Of a stretch of 32,000 nt of DNA, positions 1 through 8,101 are shown piece after piece. Position numbers and translations under genes: made by a program. The notes under the pieces are model-generated. The model saw only the letters and a list, made by a program, of their open reading frames with translations, was not told where the DNA came from and ran no database searches. The stretch spans positions 600,001-632,000 of the forward strand of contig CP064995.1 in assembly GCA_016700015.1 (NCBI GenBank), in the 5' to 3' direction. Every line of letters starts with the position of its first letter. The stretch's first letter is position 1. The stretch is from Candidatus Saccharimonadota bacterium (GTDB taxonomy: Bacteria > Patescibacteriota > Saccharimonadia > Saccharimonadales > Saccharimonadaceae).

Positions 1-815
1 ATCAAAATGGGTGCGGGGTTGACGGGCGAGCCAAGCGACCAGAATACAATCCAGAAAATTGCCATTTCTGTAACTACAAAGAACAGCCCCCACAAATACG
101 GCTTTATGAGTATGCGGCGATCTCTCATGAGCTCAACAAAGTCCTCATGCATCTCTTCAAGGAATGTTTGGATTGCAATTGCAGTGATTGCGTGAGGTAT
201 GCGCCCTAGTGTAAGCACTTTTACTATATGGTTGTATCCGCGGGCCACATAGTGCGCAAAGCGGCTCAGTCGCGTTACGCTTTTCATTAAGTACATTCCT
301 AGCATTGTCGATATAATCATGACCCCAACCAGGGCGGAGCTCATGAATATAATCCAGCGGTTAACCGTGCCGTCGATTGTTACTATAAGTACAGACAGCA
401 GCAACAGTGTAATCATGGCTGCAAACCCTACCACGTAGCGAATTGCTTGAGCCATCGTAGCCTTACCGGTCTTCACGCCTAACTTACCGAGTCGCCAGTT
501 CATGTACGAGATACCACTTACTCCCCCACTTGGCAGTACATGGTTCACAAAATTAAGCTCGAGAGAAATCCGCATTTGCGTCCATATACTCACATGATCA
601 ATCAGTTTTTTCTGACGCATGTACGAAAACACCATTTCTCCGGCCGCCAGGTAGCCGATTGCTACCACTGGTATTACGAATAGTAGTACCCACACATCAA
701 CTTTTGATGCCAGCTCCCAAGCACGGGCAATTTCGTGACGAGAGACATACAGCAGTACCACGATCAAAAGCAGCGATATGCCGCTGAGCCACGTACGAAA
801 TGACAGACGTTTCAT
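1..815 (-). CDS. Integral membrane protein, flippase-like / lysylphosphatidylglycerol-synthase TM-region (UPF0104-type) family. Only the 5' part is present because the ORF runs off the left edge.
   Basis: Absent from the supplied ORF track because it has no in-window stop. I checked the frame codon by codon: ATG at 815-813 and no stop down to position 3 (271 codons). Translation begins MKRLSFRTWLSGISLLLIVVLLYVSRHEIARAWELASKVDVWVLLFVIPVVAIGYLAAGEMVFSYMRQKKL and contains several hydrophobic helices. The family assignment is from memory of UPF0104-like proteins. Confidence 0.6.
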   Translation of the reverse strand, partial: MKRLSFRTWLSGISLLLIVVLLYVSRHEIARAWELASKVDVWVLLFVIPVVAIGYLAAGEMVFSYMRQKKLIDHVSIWTQMRISLELNFVNHVLPSGGVSGISYMNWRLGKLGVKTGKATMAQAIRYVVGFAAMITLLLLSVLIVTIDGTVNRWIIFMSSALVGVMIISTMLGMYLMKSVTRLSRFAHYVARGYNHIVKVLTLGRIPHAITAIAIQTFLEEMHEDFVELMRDRRILIKPYLWGLFFVVTEMAIFWIVFWSLGSPVNPAPIL

Positions 816-823
816 ATAGTATT

Positions 824-833
824 TAGTATACTA
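824..833. promoter_or_regulatory. Palindromic -10 element TAGTATACTA that reads TATACT on both strands, inside a 23-bp divergent intergenic region
   Basis: On the plus strand, TATACT at 827-832 is followed by 6 nt and then ATG at 839. On the minus strand, TATACT at 830-825 is followed by 9 nt and then ATG at 815. Neither side has a Shine-Dalgarno motif, and no good -35 was found. Confidence 0.4.
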
Positions 834-838
834 TATCT

Positions 839-2008
839 ATGTACATCGCTCTACTCGGTCGACAACCCGCTCTCGGCATGGCCGAGCTTGAACAACTTTT
901 TGGTTCAGCGTCAACTAGGTGGTTTAGCGATACCTCTGCGCTCATCGATAGTCCTTCGTTTGACTTTGACAGGCTGGGTGGCAGCCAAAAGGCCGGGCTG
1001 GTCGTGGCCGAACTACGCGGCGACTGGCAACGTGTCAGCAAAACCATCATTGACACATATGTCCGCGGCTGGGCTGGACACGAGGGTAAAATCACTCTCG
1101 GTATTAGTGCCTATGGCTTTAGTTGTGGTGCACGCGATGTCCAAAAAACTGGCATTATTCTAAAATCAAGCCTCAAAAAGCAAGGCGTCAGCCTACGGCT
1201 GATCCCCAATACTGCCCCTGCCCTTACCAGCGCAACCAGTCATCATAATAAACTTGGGCTTTCACGCAACCATGTTGAGCTGCTGATAGTGCGTGCCAGT
1301 AATGGCAATGTTATTGTTGCCGAAAGCATCGGCGCCCAGAACATCACTGCCTTTGCCGCTCGCGACCAAGGCCGCCCCAAGCGTGATGCATATGTGGGCA
1401 TGCTGCCACCAAAACTTGCCCGCATGATGGTAAATATGCTCGGCAGTTCGGCACATGTTCCTGGTAGCACTGTTCTTGACCCGTTTTGCGGCACCGGTGT
1501 GCTGCTGCAAGAAGCCGCGCTGCTTGGCTTCGGCGTCTATGGCACCGATCTGTCGGCTAAAATGGTTGACTATACCCAGGCCAACCTACGCTGGCTAACA
1601 GACAAATATCACCTTGCTCCTAGTGTGCGCACTACTATAGGCGACGCGATGGATACTTCGTGGCAATTACCTATCGATGCTATTGCCACCGAAACCTACC
1701 TCGGCCAGCCTTTCAGTGCACCGCCTTCTGCCGCCAAGCTCACCGAAGTGCGTGGCAATTGCGATCATATTATTAGTTCGTTTCTCCGTAACCTCGCTCC
1801 ACAACTCGCAGTAGGCACGCCGCTATGCGTGGCCGTTCCCGCCTGGCGTGGCGCCGGTGACTCATTCACTCACCTGCCACTCATTGACACGCTAGGCACG
1901 CTCGGTTACCGCCGCGTGCACCTGCGTCATGTACGTGATAGTCAGTTACTGTACTACCGCGAAGACCAGGTGGTCGCCCGCGAGCTACTATTGCTCGAAA
2001 AGTCTTGA
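839..2008 (+). CDS. Class I SAM-dependent methyltransferase (putative RNA/DNA methylase)
   Basis: 389-aa ORF. The SAM-binding motif I is VLDPFCGTGVLLQEAALLGFGVYGTDLS, with an acidic loop after beta-2. The substrate is not assignable by eye. Confidence 0.7.
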   Translation: MYIALLGRQPALGMAELEQLFGSASTRWFSDTSALIDSPSFDFDRLGGSQKAGLVVAELRGDWQRVSKTIIDTYVRGWAGHEGKITLGISAYGFSCGARDVQKTGIILKSSLKKQGVSLRLIPNTAPALTSATSHHNKLGLSRNHVELLIVRASNGNVIVAESIGAQNITAFAARDQGRPKRDAYVGMLPPKLARMMVNMLGSSAHVPGSTVLDPFCGTGVLLQEAALLGFGVYGTDLSAKMVDYTQANLRWLTDKYHLAPSVRTTIGDAMDTSWQLPIDAIATETYLGQPFSAPPSAAKLTEVRGNCDHIISSFLRNLAPQLAVGTPLCVAVPAWRGAGDSFTHLPLIDTLGTLGYRRVHLRHVRDSQLLYYREDQVVARELLLLEKS

Positions 2009-2033
2009 CGAAACCTATCTGTTAGTGTACAAT
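2005..2033 (+). promoter_or_regulatory. sigma70-type promoter of rpmA
   Basis: TTGACG (2005-2010), 17-nt spacer, TACAAT (2028-2033). An AAGGAG Shine-Dalgarno at 2060-2065 lies 4 nt before ATG 2070. A 7-bp inverted repeat, CTATCTG (2015-2021) / CAGATAG (2034-2040), brackets the -10. Confidence 0.6.
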
Positions 2034-2069
2034 CAGATAGATTATTTATAGCAAAATCTAAGGAGTGAT

Positions 2070-2342
2070 ATGTCACACGTTAAAGCAGGTGGTTCAAGCA
2101 AGAACGTCCACAACAATGCCGGCGCACGCCTTGGTGTGAAGCGATTTGGTGGTCAAAAAGTTACCGCAGGCCAAGTATTGGTTCGTCAGACCGGCAGTAC
2201 CAAAATCGCTGGCCCAGGCACCTACATTAGCCGCAACTTCACTATTCATGCCGCTGTCGACGGTATCGTTGGTTTCAAGCAGGTGAAAAAAGCAAAGTTC
2301 ACTGGCCACACCGCTCGCCGCACCCAAGTAGTGGTCGAATAA
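2070..2342 (+). CDS. rpmA: 50S ribosomal protein L27
   Basis: N-terminus SHVKAGGSSKNVHNNAGARLGVKRFGGQKVTAGQVLVRQTGSTK matches the conserved L27 pattern (AHKKAGGS...RLGVK.FGG..V.AG.I.VRQRGT). The Shine-Dalgarno is strong. Confidence 0.97.
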   Translation: MSHVKAGGSSKNVHNNAGARLGVKRFGGQKVTAGQVLVRQTGSTKIAGPGTYISRNFTIHAAVDGIVGFKQVKKAKFTGHTARRTQVVVE

Positions 2343-2354
2343 CATTGTTCTAGT

Positions 2355-2390
2355 ACGTAAAAACCGCCTTTTGTAAGGCGGTTTTTACGT
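2355..2390. terminator. Bidirectional rho-independent terminator between convergent rpmA and the 2405-3325 gene
   Basis: Perfect 16-bp inverted repeat ACGTAAAAACCGCCTT / AAGGCGGTTTTTACGT with a 4-nt loop (TTGT). The GC-rich core has A/T tracts on both sides. Confidence 0.85.
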
Positions 2391-2404
2391 TACGCGGCAA
2401 CCGG

Positions 2405-3325
2405 TTAGTCTGTCATGGTAGCAAGAAGTTTTGCTAGCTTAGTCGAAATCGCATGCAGGTCTTCTGTTGTGACGAGCCTGCCCATATGGGTATCCATCTG
2501 TAGGCTAAAGAGTTCTTGGCTAAGACGGAGCAGTGCGCCTGACTCTTCACCGCGTAGTCCTACTCTACTATCCACCATTTCTTTTAGTTCACCCGCCCCG
2601 CGGCTGGCCCTAAATACAGGGTCGGTCGAATAGTTTTTCCTATCAAGCATATCTACAAGTCCTGCCAGTTTCGACTTCGTAGCACGGCGCTCTTGCTGTT
2701 CATCAGCTTTTTGCACATCACCATTTGGAGTGACGACCTCGGCAGCAGCTTGCTGTGCGCGGTGCTGCAACTTGGGGCTAACAACGGGTGCAGGAGTGCT
2801 TCGGGCAACCTGTGGTCGCTCCATCCAGCTGGGCACTATAATCATGCCGTCTTCATCATACTCAACTAGACGGGCGGCGCGTTCACCAAAGGCTGCACGT
2901 TCGCGGGCCAGGCGCTCTTGCTCTACTCGGTGGGCTTCTCGCTCGGCCTCCATAGCCGCAGCTTGCTGACGATAGCTATCTTCAAGCTTATGCTCTGCCT
3001 CTTGGATATCCTCTAGAGACACAGTTTTTATTAATTCCTGGGGTTGCCCGTACTCATCGACGCCACTACTTTTACGTACCTCTCTGAGCAAACCGTCTTC
3101 GCTTTCCCCTACGACAGCCCACCCGGATTCAATAACATTCGTGCGGTTGCGTTTAACCGCGACGTGGTTCGTGCCAAGAGCACGCTCTTGAGGGGTATAC
3201 AAGAAAATACGAGGGTCAAAGGGCGAAACTTGGCGCTCAGGCTGTAGCTCTACTATTGATTTTGGCTTTTTGAATCGTTCAAACATTGTTTTTCTTTTAT
3301 ATTTTTTAATTTTACTGTAGTTCAT
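2405..3325 (-). CDS. Hypothetical charged coiled-coil protein (306 aa)
   Basis: Long ORF with its own promoter (see 3331-3359). The central segment EAEREAHRVEQERLARERAAFGERAARL is heptad-like. I recognise no catalytic motif, TM helix or signal peptide. An alternative start is Met14 at 3286. Confidence 0.6.
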   Translation of the reverse strand: MNYSKIKKYKRKTMFERFKKPKSIVELQPERQVSPFDPRIFLYTPQERALGTNHVAVKRNRTNVIESGWAVVGESEDGLLREVRKSSGVDEYGQPQELIKTVSLEDIQEAEHKLEDSYRQQAAAMEAEREAHRVEQERLARERAAFGERAARLVEYDEDGMIIVPSWMERPQVARSTPAPVVSPKLQHRAQQAAAEVVTPNGDVQKADEQQERRATKSKLAGLVDMLDRKNYSTDPVFRASRGAGELKEMVDSRVGLRGEESGALLRLSQELFSLQMDTHMGRLVTTEDLHAISTKLAKLLATMTD

Positions 3326-3330
3326 ATTAC

Positions 3331-3359
3331 ACTATAGCAAAAAATTGACTAAAAGTCAA
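3331..3359 (-). promoter_or_regulatory. Near-consensus promoter abutting the start codon of the 2405-3325 gene (leaderless configuration)
   Basis: Minus strand reads TTGACT (3359-3354), 17 nt, TATAGT (3336-3331), GTAAT, then ATG (3325). The -35 lies within the palindrome TTGACTTTTAGTCAA (3345-3359), which is followed by T6. That palindrome could also act as a weak terminator hairpin for the upstream receiver gene. Confidence 0.55.
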
Positions 3360-3396
3360 TACGCTTTTGCTAAATTATCGTACATACAATGCAAAA

Positions 3397-3813
3397 TTAT
3401 TCGTTGGGGCTGGGAGCAGTTGGTACAGTAGTATCCAGGCCAAGATGGTGTTTCACCCTAGCAACCACATCACCAATTACTACTTGTGATTTCACCAAGT
3501 AGTCGTCGACACCGAGCTGCTCAGCACGCTCTTTGTCCTTCGGCTGGCTAAGCGCAGTCAGCATAATCACGCGGATATTGGTGGTTTCGGGGGTGTTACG
3601 CAAAATATCGAGCACATCAAAACCGCTAATTTTGGGCATCATCGCATCGAGCAGTATGAGGTCCGGCTTGAACGACATTGCCGCCGACAGCGCTTCCTCA
3701 CCATTATGTACTTCGTTTATATCGAACCCTTCGAGCTCAAGTCGCGAACGATACACAGCAGCGAGTGCGGTGTCATCTTCGACAAGCAAGATTTTCTTCT
3801 TTACTGCATCCAT
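3397..3813 (-). CDS. Single-domain response regulator (CheY-like receiver, no output domain)
   Basis: KKILLVEDD, DLILLDAMMP (phospho-acceptor Asp), MLTAL (conserved Thr) and DDYLVKS (conserved Lys). The track start at 3855 is a GTG only 5 nt from the ctpA stop, so I prefer ATG 3813 (MDAVKKK). Confidence 0.9.
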   Translation of the reverse strand: MDAVKKKILLVEDDTALAAVYRSRLELEGFDINEVHNGEEALSAAMSFKPDLILLDAMMPKISGFDVLDILRNTPETTNIRVIMLTALSQPKDKERAEQLGVDDYLVKSQVVIGDVVARVKHHLGLDTTVPTAPSPNE

Positions 3814-3860
3814 ATTACTTCTATAGTACGCCAGGCTGGCGATTAGCACAAGCACTCTCT

Positions 3861-5108
3861 TTACAGAGCAGCACGTGCAGCCTCCAGTTGGGGGTCCTTT
3901 CCGGCATTGGTGTCGTCGCTCGTGAGCTGTACGGTAGCATCTGGAGTGATACCTTCTTTAGTTATATTTTTCCCCTTGGGTGTATACCAGCGCGCTATCG
4001 TAACCTTAATTTGACGGCCATCTGGGAGGCTGATGAGTTTTTGTACCGTCCCCTTGCCAAAGCTTTTTTCACCGATAATGGTCGCGGCCTTGTAGTCCTG
4101 CAAAGCTCCGGCAACAATCTCACTCGCGCTAGCACTGCCTCCATTGATGAGAACGACGGTTTTTACGCCATCAAGCACTGCGTCGCCACGTGATTTCACT
4201 TGGTCCGTCACCACATCACCCGATTTTTCAGTTACGATGAGTTTTTCGCGCAGCCACAGGCTAGCAACATCGCGAGCGGCATCCAGGTACCCACCACCGT
4301 CATCACGCAGGTCAAGAATTACTCCACGCACCCCGGCTTGTTTAAATTCACGAGCCGCTTTTGCTGCCAGATCGCCCGTTTCAGTATCGAACCGCGAAAT
4401 AATCATTTTGCCAATACCATTGTCGATACTCCAACGTACACTAGCATCGCTCAGCTTCGCCCTGGTAATGGTGAATTCTTTGGCTTCTTGCCCGCGCAAC
4501 ACCGCTACTCGTACCGATGTTCCTACGTCTCCACGAATTTTTTCTGCCACAGAACCTGAGTCGGCGCCGCTTACAACCGTGTCGTTTACTTTGGTAATAA
4601 TATCTCCCGCCTTTACGCCAGCTTTTTCGGCTGGCGAGTCGGTTAACACGCGCAGTATCGTCGGCTGCTTGCTGCGAATCCCAATTTCACAGCCAATGCC
4701 GCTTACCTCGCCACTCAGCTGCTTCGTGAAGTCTTCAGCCTCGGCTTTATCCATAAATACCGTATACTGGTCACCTGCGGCGGCTGTCATACCCCTTGCA
4801 GCTCCATCAACAAGTGTGTTCGTATCGAGTTTGCCATCGTAATTGGCCTTGAGCTCTTGATATGCTTGCTGAACAATCTGCAGATCAAGCGTATCAGCGC
4901 TGGCTTTGATACCGAATACAGGCGCAATTGCCGCATAGAGTTCACGGCTACGTGTACCCGCAACAAAGCCGACAACAAGACAAACCGCTACAACAAATAG
5001 CATCATGCTATTCGACATCCTTTTGGCTCGCGTATGCACCGGCGGTCGCGTAGTAGGCATGTTGCTTACGGCCTGTCCTTCGTTTTGCTGATCAATCATA
5101 ATACTCAT
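3861..5108 (-). CDS. ctpA: Carboxy-terminal processing protease, peptidase family S41, with a PDZ domain
   Basis: N-terminal TM anchor MMLFVVAVCLVVGFVAG. PDZ-like segment GIGCEIG...VLTDSPAEKAGVKAGDIITKVND. Catalytic Ser context INGGSASASEIVAGALQD and Lys context GEKSFGKGTVQ. Confidence 0.92.
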   Translation of the reverse strand: MSIMIDQQNEGQAVSNMPTTRPPVHTRAKRMSNSMMLFVVAVCLVVGFVAGTRSRELYAAIAPVFGIKASADTLDLQIVQQAYQELKANYDGKLDTNTLVDGAARGMTAAAGDQYTVFMDKAEAEDFTKQLSGEVSGIGCEIGIRSKQPTILRVLTDSPAEKAGVKAGDIITKVNDTVVSGADSGSVAEKIRGDVGTSVRVAVLRGQEAKEFTITRAKLSDASVRWSIDNGIGKMIISRFDTETGDLAAKAAREFKQAGVRGVILDLRDDGGGYLDAARDVASLWLREKLIVTEKSGDVVTDQVKSRGDAVLDGVKTVVLINGGSASASEIVAGALQDYKAATIIGEKSFGKGTVQKLISLPDGRQIKVTIARWYTPKGKNITKEGITPDATVQLTSDDTNAGKDPQLEAARAAL

Positions 5109-5164
5109 GCTAGTATAGCGTACCGGCCAGTCGCTTGCTAGTAAAATGACGGATTTAAACTACT

Positions 5165-6337
5165 TTAGAAGTAGATATACACGTTGTATGCGTATGGCGA
5201 TACGTTGTAGCGTTCTGAATAATAGCCCCAGCCTAGCCCAGGAAGCCATTCGTTGTACTGGCTGATGTTAATCGTTCCGTCACTGTTGACACTATCAACC
5301 CAGACAATGTGACCATAATAACCCGCAGTAATTACGCCGGCAGAACCTGCACGAGGTGTTGAGCTGGTGGTGATGCCTGCCGCGCGCGCGTTGCCAGGCC
5401 ATTGATTTGCGTTTCCGACTCCACCCCAGTACGGCATATAGCCATTTTTCTGGAATACTTTCCACGCGACATAGCTCACGCACTCGCGGTTATACATACC
5501 CCATGGATCGACAAGACTATCCTGATAAGCATTGGCAAGGTAATTTGGGTAGCCGCCACGACCAGGGTCACCGGCAACAGCGCTTCCGCCGCCACCAAAT
5601 TGCTGCAAGCGAGCACGAATTTCAGCTTGCTGCTGATCTTTGAGGCTATTTATCTGGGCATTACGATCACCAATCATCGACTGGTATACCGACTCTTGCC
5701 CTTGTGAATCGGACAACAGCTTTGCTTGCTCGGCTTCTTTGGCCGCCAAGGCATCGCGCTGTGATTTTTGGTCTGCCAAGACACGCTCGACATCGGCTTT
5801 TTGGGCTTCAAGTTGCTTTTTCAGCTCATTAATCCGAGCGATGGTATCAGAGAGATTAGTCTGAATGGATGAGCGGTACTCTTGTTGATCGACGTAGTCA
5901 GAGATGTTGCTAGCACTAGCAAGCAGTTCAAGCGGCGAAATTGAGCCATCGACATACATGTCAGCAATAATCTGCCCTAGTGCATCTTTATTGTCAGCGA
6001 TTTGTTTTTCGGTTTCAGCAATGTCATTGACAAGCTTGTCGTATTTCGCCTGGCTAAGATCAACCTGTGCCTGGATTGTCTGCCTCTGGGCGGTTAGCGC
6101 TGCGAGCGCATTTGCTAGTGTGCGTGACTGTTCAGCAATAACCGCAGCCTGAGCTTGTAGGTTGTTAATCTCGGCATTGATCGCATTGATCTGATCATCC
6201 CACTTGTCAGCGAGAACGCGAGAGGAGAAAACCATCGGTGTTGACAGTGCCATCAGCACAGCACCCGCTACCAATAGCGACTTAGTGGCGAGGCCTTTGA
6301 AAACTGGTGTGGTGGACCGTGGTTTCATTAGTTTCAT
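5165..6337 (-). CDS. Secreted coiled-coil + C-terminal CHAP-domain peptidoglycan hydrolase (PcsB-like architecture)
   Basis: Signal peptide ATKSLLVAGAVLMALSTPMVFSSRVLA. About 230 aa of Q/A/E/L-rich coiled coil. The CHAP domain has the catalytic Cys in NRECVSYVAWKV and a His in GHIVWVDSV. The gene sits directly downstream of ftsX. The start may be the second ATG at 6328. Confidence 0.85.
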   Translation of the reverse strand: MKLMKPRSTTPVFKGLATKSLLVAGAVLMALSTPMVFSSRVLADKWDDQINAINAEINNLQAQAAVIAEQSRTLANALAALTAQRQTIQAQVDLSQAKYDKLVNDIAETEKQIADNKDALGQIIADMYVDGSISPLELLASASNISDYVDQQEYRSSIQTNLSDTIARINELKKQLEAQKADVERVLADQKSQRDALAAKEAEQAKLLSDSQGQESVYQSMIGDRNAQINSLKDQQQAEIRARLQQFGGGGSAVAGDPGRGGYPNYLANAYQDSLVDPWGMYNRECVSYVAWKVFQKNGYMPYWGGVGNANQWPGNARAAGITTSSTPRAGSAGVITAGYYGHIVWVDSVNSDGTINISQYNEWLPGLGWGYYSERYNVSPYAYNVYIYF

Positions 6338-6365
6338 ATTACCATAAGCTCCATGTTATTGTCAA
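6336..6365 (-). promoter_or_regulatory. Candidate internal promoter for the CHAP hydrolase gene
   Basis: Minus strand reads TTGACA (6365-6360), 18 nt, TAATAT (6341-6336), 7 nt, then ATG at 6328. This is a leaderless configuration on the second in-frame Met. Confidence 0.4.
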
Positions 6366-6384
6366 TAGCGCTCAACACTACTGT

Positions 6385-7362
6385 CTACAGCCTTAAGTAG
6401 CGACGAGTAGCGAGAAGCGATGAAATCGTACCAATCAGCGCCCCGACAGCAATCATTCCAAGCAGCACAAAGGCTATATATGTAGTCAGTAAATCAACGG
6501 TTGGGCCAATTTCAATACCCCAAGACTGCATATTGGGTGCAAATACTGACATAAGTGTAATTCCAAGCGCCGTCGCTACCACAGCGGCAATAAAACCATA
6601 CACAATCGCCTCGACAACAAAAGGCCCGCGTATGAAGCTACGATCTGCACCAATCAGCTTCATCATCTGTATCTCCTCTTTTCGATTGAAAATTGCCATA
6701 CGAATAGTATTAAAAATGATTAGCATTGAGATACTAACAAACACCACGCTCATACCAATCCCAAGCTGCTGTGCCAATCGTGTCCAATCAGCGATAGTAT
6801 CAGTAGCCGATTTACGATCACCCATAAAAGATGGTTTACGGTTGGCGTCAATATACTTCTTTAGCTCAGTACTATTATTAACATATGCAACAATCTGACT
6901 GGTATCGTTGACATTGATAAGGCTTATACGAATAGTGGCAGGAATTTTATTCGTTGCTTCGTTGAGGGCGCTAAGTGTTCCTAGGCTGCTTTTGTTCTTC
7001 TCTGCAAAATCCGCTTTTCCCTCCTCGGTACTGACAAACTTCACAGAATCGACATTGGATAGCGCCATCAGGTCAGCCAAAATCGTTTTGGCCTGCTGCT
7101 CGGTTGTACCGGCCTTCAGGTAAATCGAGCGATCGATTCGTTTGCCTACAGTTGTTGCCGTATCAGACAGTACATTTTGCGCCACTACAGTAATCAATAG
7201 AATAAGCAGAGTAATGGTCATCACCGCAGTTGCCGCAATGGTCAGCCAGGCGTTGCGAGTAAAGTTATTCACCCCATAACGGCACATTCTGAGAAACGTC
7301 AACCACTGACGACGATGGCGACGCCGACCAAAGGATTTTGTAGCAGAAGTCTTCTGAGCCAT
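6385..7362 (-). CDS. ftsX: Cell-division ABC transporter permease-like protein FtsX
   Basis: 325 aa with a basic N-terminus, TM1 (WLTIAATAVMTITLLILLITVV), an extracytoplasmic domain of about 140 aa and three C-terminal TM helices. Its ATG overlaps the ftsE stop by 1 nt (TAATG). Confidence 0.92.
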   Translation of the reverse strand: MAQKTSATKSFGRRRHRRQWLTFLRMCRYGVNNFTRNAWLTIAATAVMTITLLILLITVVAQNVLSDTATTVGKRIDRSIYLKAGTTEQQAKTILADLMALSNVDSVKFVSTEEGKADFAEKNKSSLGTLSALNEATNKIPATIRISLINVNDTSQIVAYVNNSTELKKYIDANRKPSFMGDRKSATDTIADWTRLAQQLGIGMSVVFVSISMLIIFNTIRMAIFNRKEEIQMMKLIGADRSFIRGPFVVEAIVYGFIAAVVATALGITLMSVFAPNMQSWGIEIGPTVDLLTTYIAFVLLGMIAVGALIGTISSLLATRRYLRL

Positions 7363-8045
7363 TATTGTCTATAGCTCCCCTGCGCCTGATCGCTGACAAT
7401 CTTACCATGATCGATTGTGATAACCCGACGCTTTAGTTTGTTCACAATCTCTACGTTGTGCGTCGTCAACAGGACGGTCGTGCCATATTTGTTGATCTTC
7501 TCTAGCAGGCGCACGATGTCCCAGCTATGCTTGGGATCTAGGTTACCGGTTGGCTCATCAGCAATGAGAATCTTCGGCTGACGAACCACCGCACGAGCAA
7601 TCGCAACTCGCTGTCGCTCGCCACCACTAAGCTGGTGGGGAAAGTTTTTTTCCTTACCAGTTAACCCCACAAGCTCAATCACCTTTGGTACGGTGTTTTT
7701 AATCTCGCGGTTGGTCATTCCGGCAATTTCCAGCGCAAAAGCAATGTTTTCAAACACAGTCCGTTGTGGCAAAAGCTTAAAATCCTGGAATACTACACCG
7801 ATCTTACGACGAAGCAGTGGGATATGCTTATCTTTTAATGTGTCATAATCGATACCACCAACGACAATCTTGCCACTAGTTGGCTTTTCCTCACGGGTCA
7901 AGAGTTTGAGTAATGTAGACTTACCCGCACCACTTGTCCCAACCAAGATTACAAATTCGTTTGGCTCAACATGAAGTGATATCCGATTAAGTGCCGGCTT
8001 ATCATCCTTGCCATACGATTTCGTTACCCTATCTAACAGAATCAT
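7362..8045 (-). CDS. ftsE: Cell-division ATP-binding protein FtsE
   Basis: Walker A GTSGAGKST, signature LSGGERQRVAIARA, Walker B ILIADEPTGNLD. 227 aa, translationally coupled to ftsX. Confidence 0.95.
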   Translation of the reverse strand: MILLDRVTKSYGKDDKPALNRISLHVEPNEFVILVGTSGAGKSTLLKLLTREEKPTSGKIVVGGIDYDTLKDKHIPLLRRKIGVVFQDFKLLPQRTVFENIAFALEIAGMTNREIKNTVPKVIELVGLTGKEKNFPHQLSGGERQRVAIARAVVRQPKILIADEPTGNLDPKHSWDIVRLLEKINKYGTTVLLTTHNVEIVNKLKRRVITIDHGKIVSDQAQGSYRQ

Positions 8046-8052
8046 TACTACT

Positions 8053-8061
8053 AGTATAGCA
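8053..8061 (-). promoter_or_regulatory. Extended -10 promoter (TGcTATACT) of ftsE in a leaderless configuration
   Basis: Minus strand reads TGC TATACT (8061-8053), then AGTAGTA (7 nt), then ATG 8045. There is no Shine-Dalgarno. The only weak -35 is GTGGCA at an 18-nt spacing. Confidence 0.45.
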
Positions 8062-8101
8062 TAATCAGCACCGTACTGCCACTGGCGTGCACAGGATGAT
8101 A

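Noticed and set aside
7-195. 62-aa plus-strand ORF at the left edge
   Set aside because: It overlaps the open minus-strand membrane-protein frame that I verified codon by codon from 815 to the window edge. It has no Shine-Dalgarno or promoter.
4144-4842. Long antisense ORFs: 4144-4842 (232 aa), 3678-4193 (171 aa), 26633-27364 (243 aa), 27153-27695 (180 aa), 23161-23850 (229 aa), 15900-16340 (146 aa) and similar
   Set aside because: Each lies fully opposite a CDS with clear family motifs (ctpA, receiver, lysS, the coiled-coil gene, secA). Their translations are Ser/Arg/Leu/Cys-rich with no recognisable motifs. They are shadow ORFs of moderately GC-rich coding sequence.
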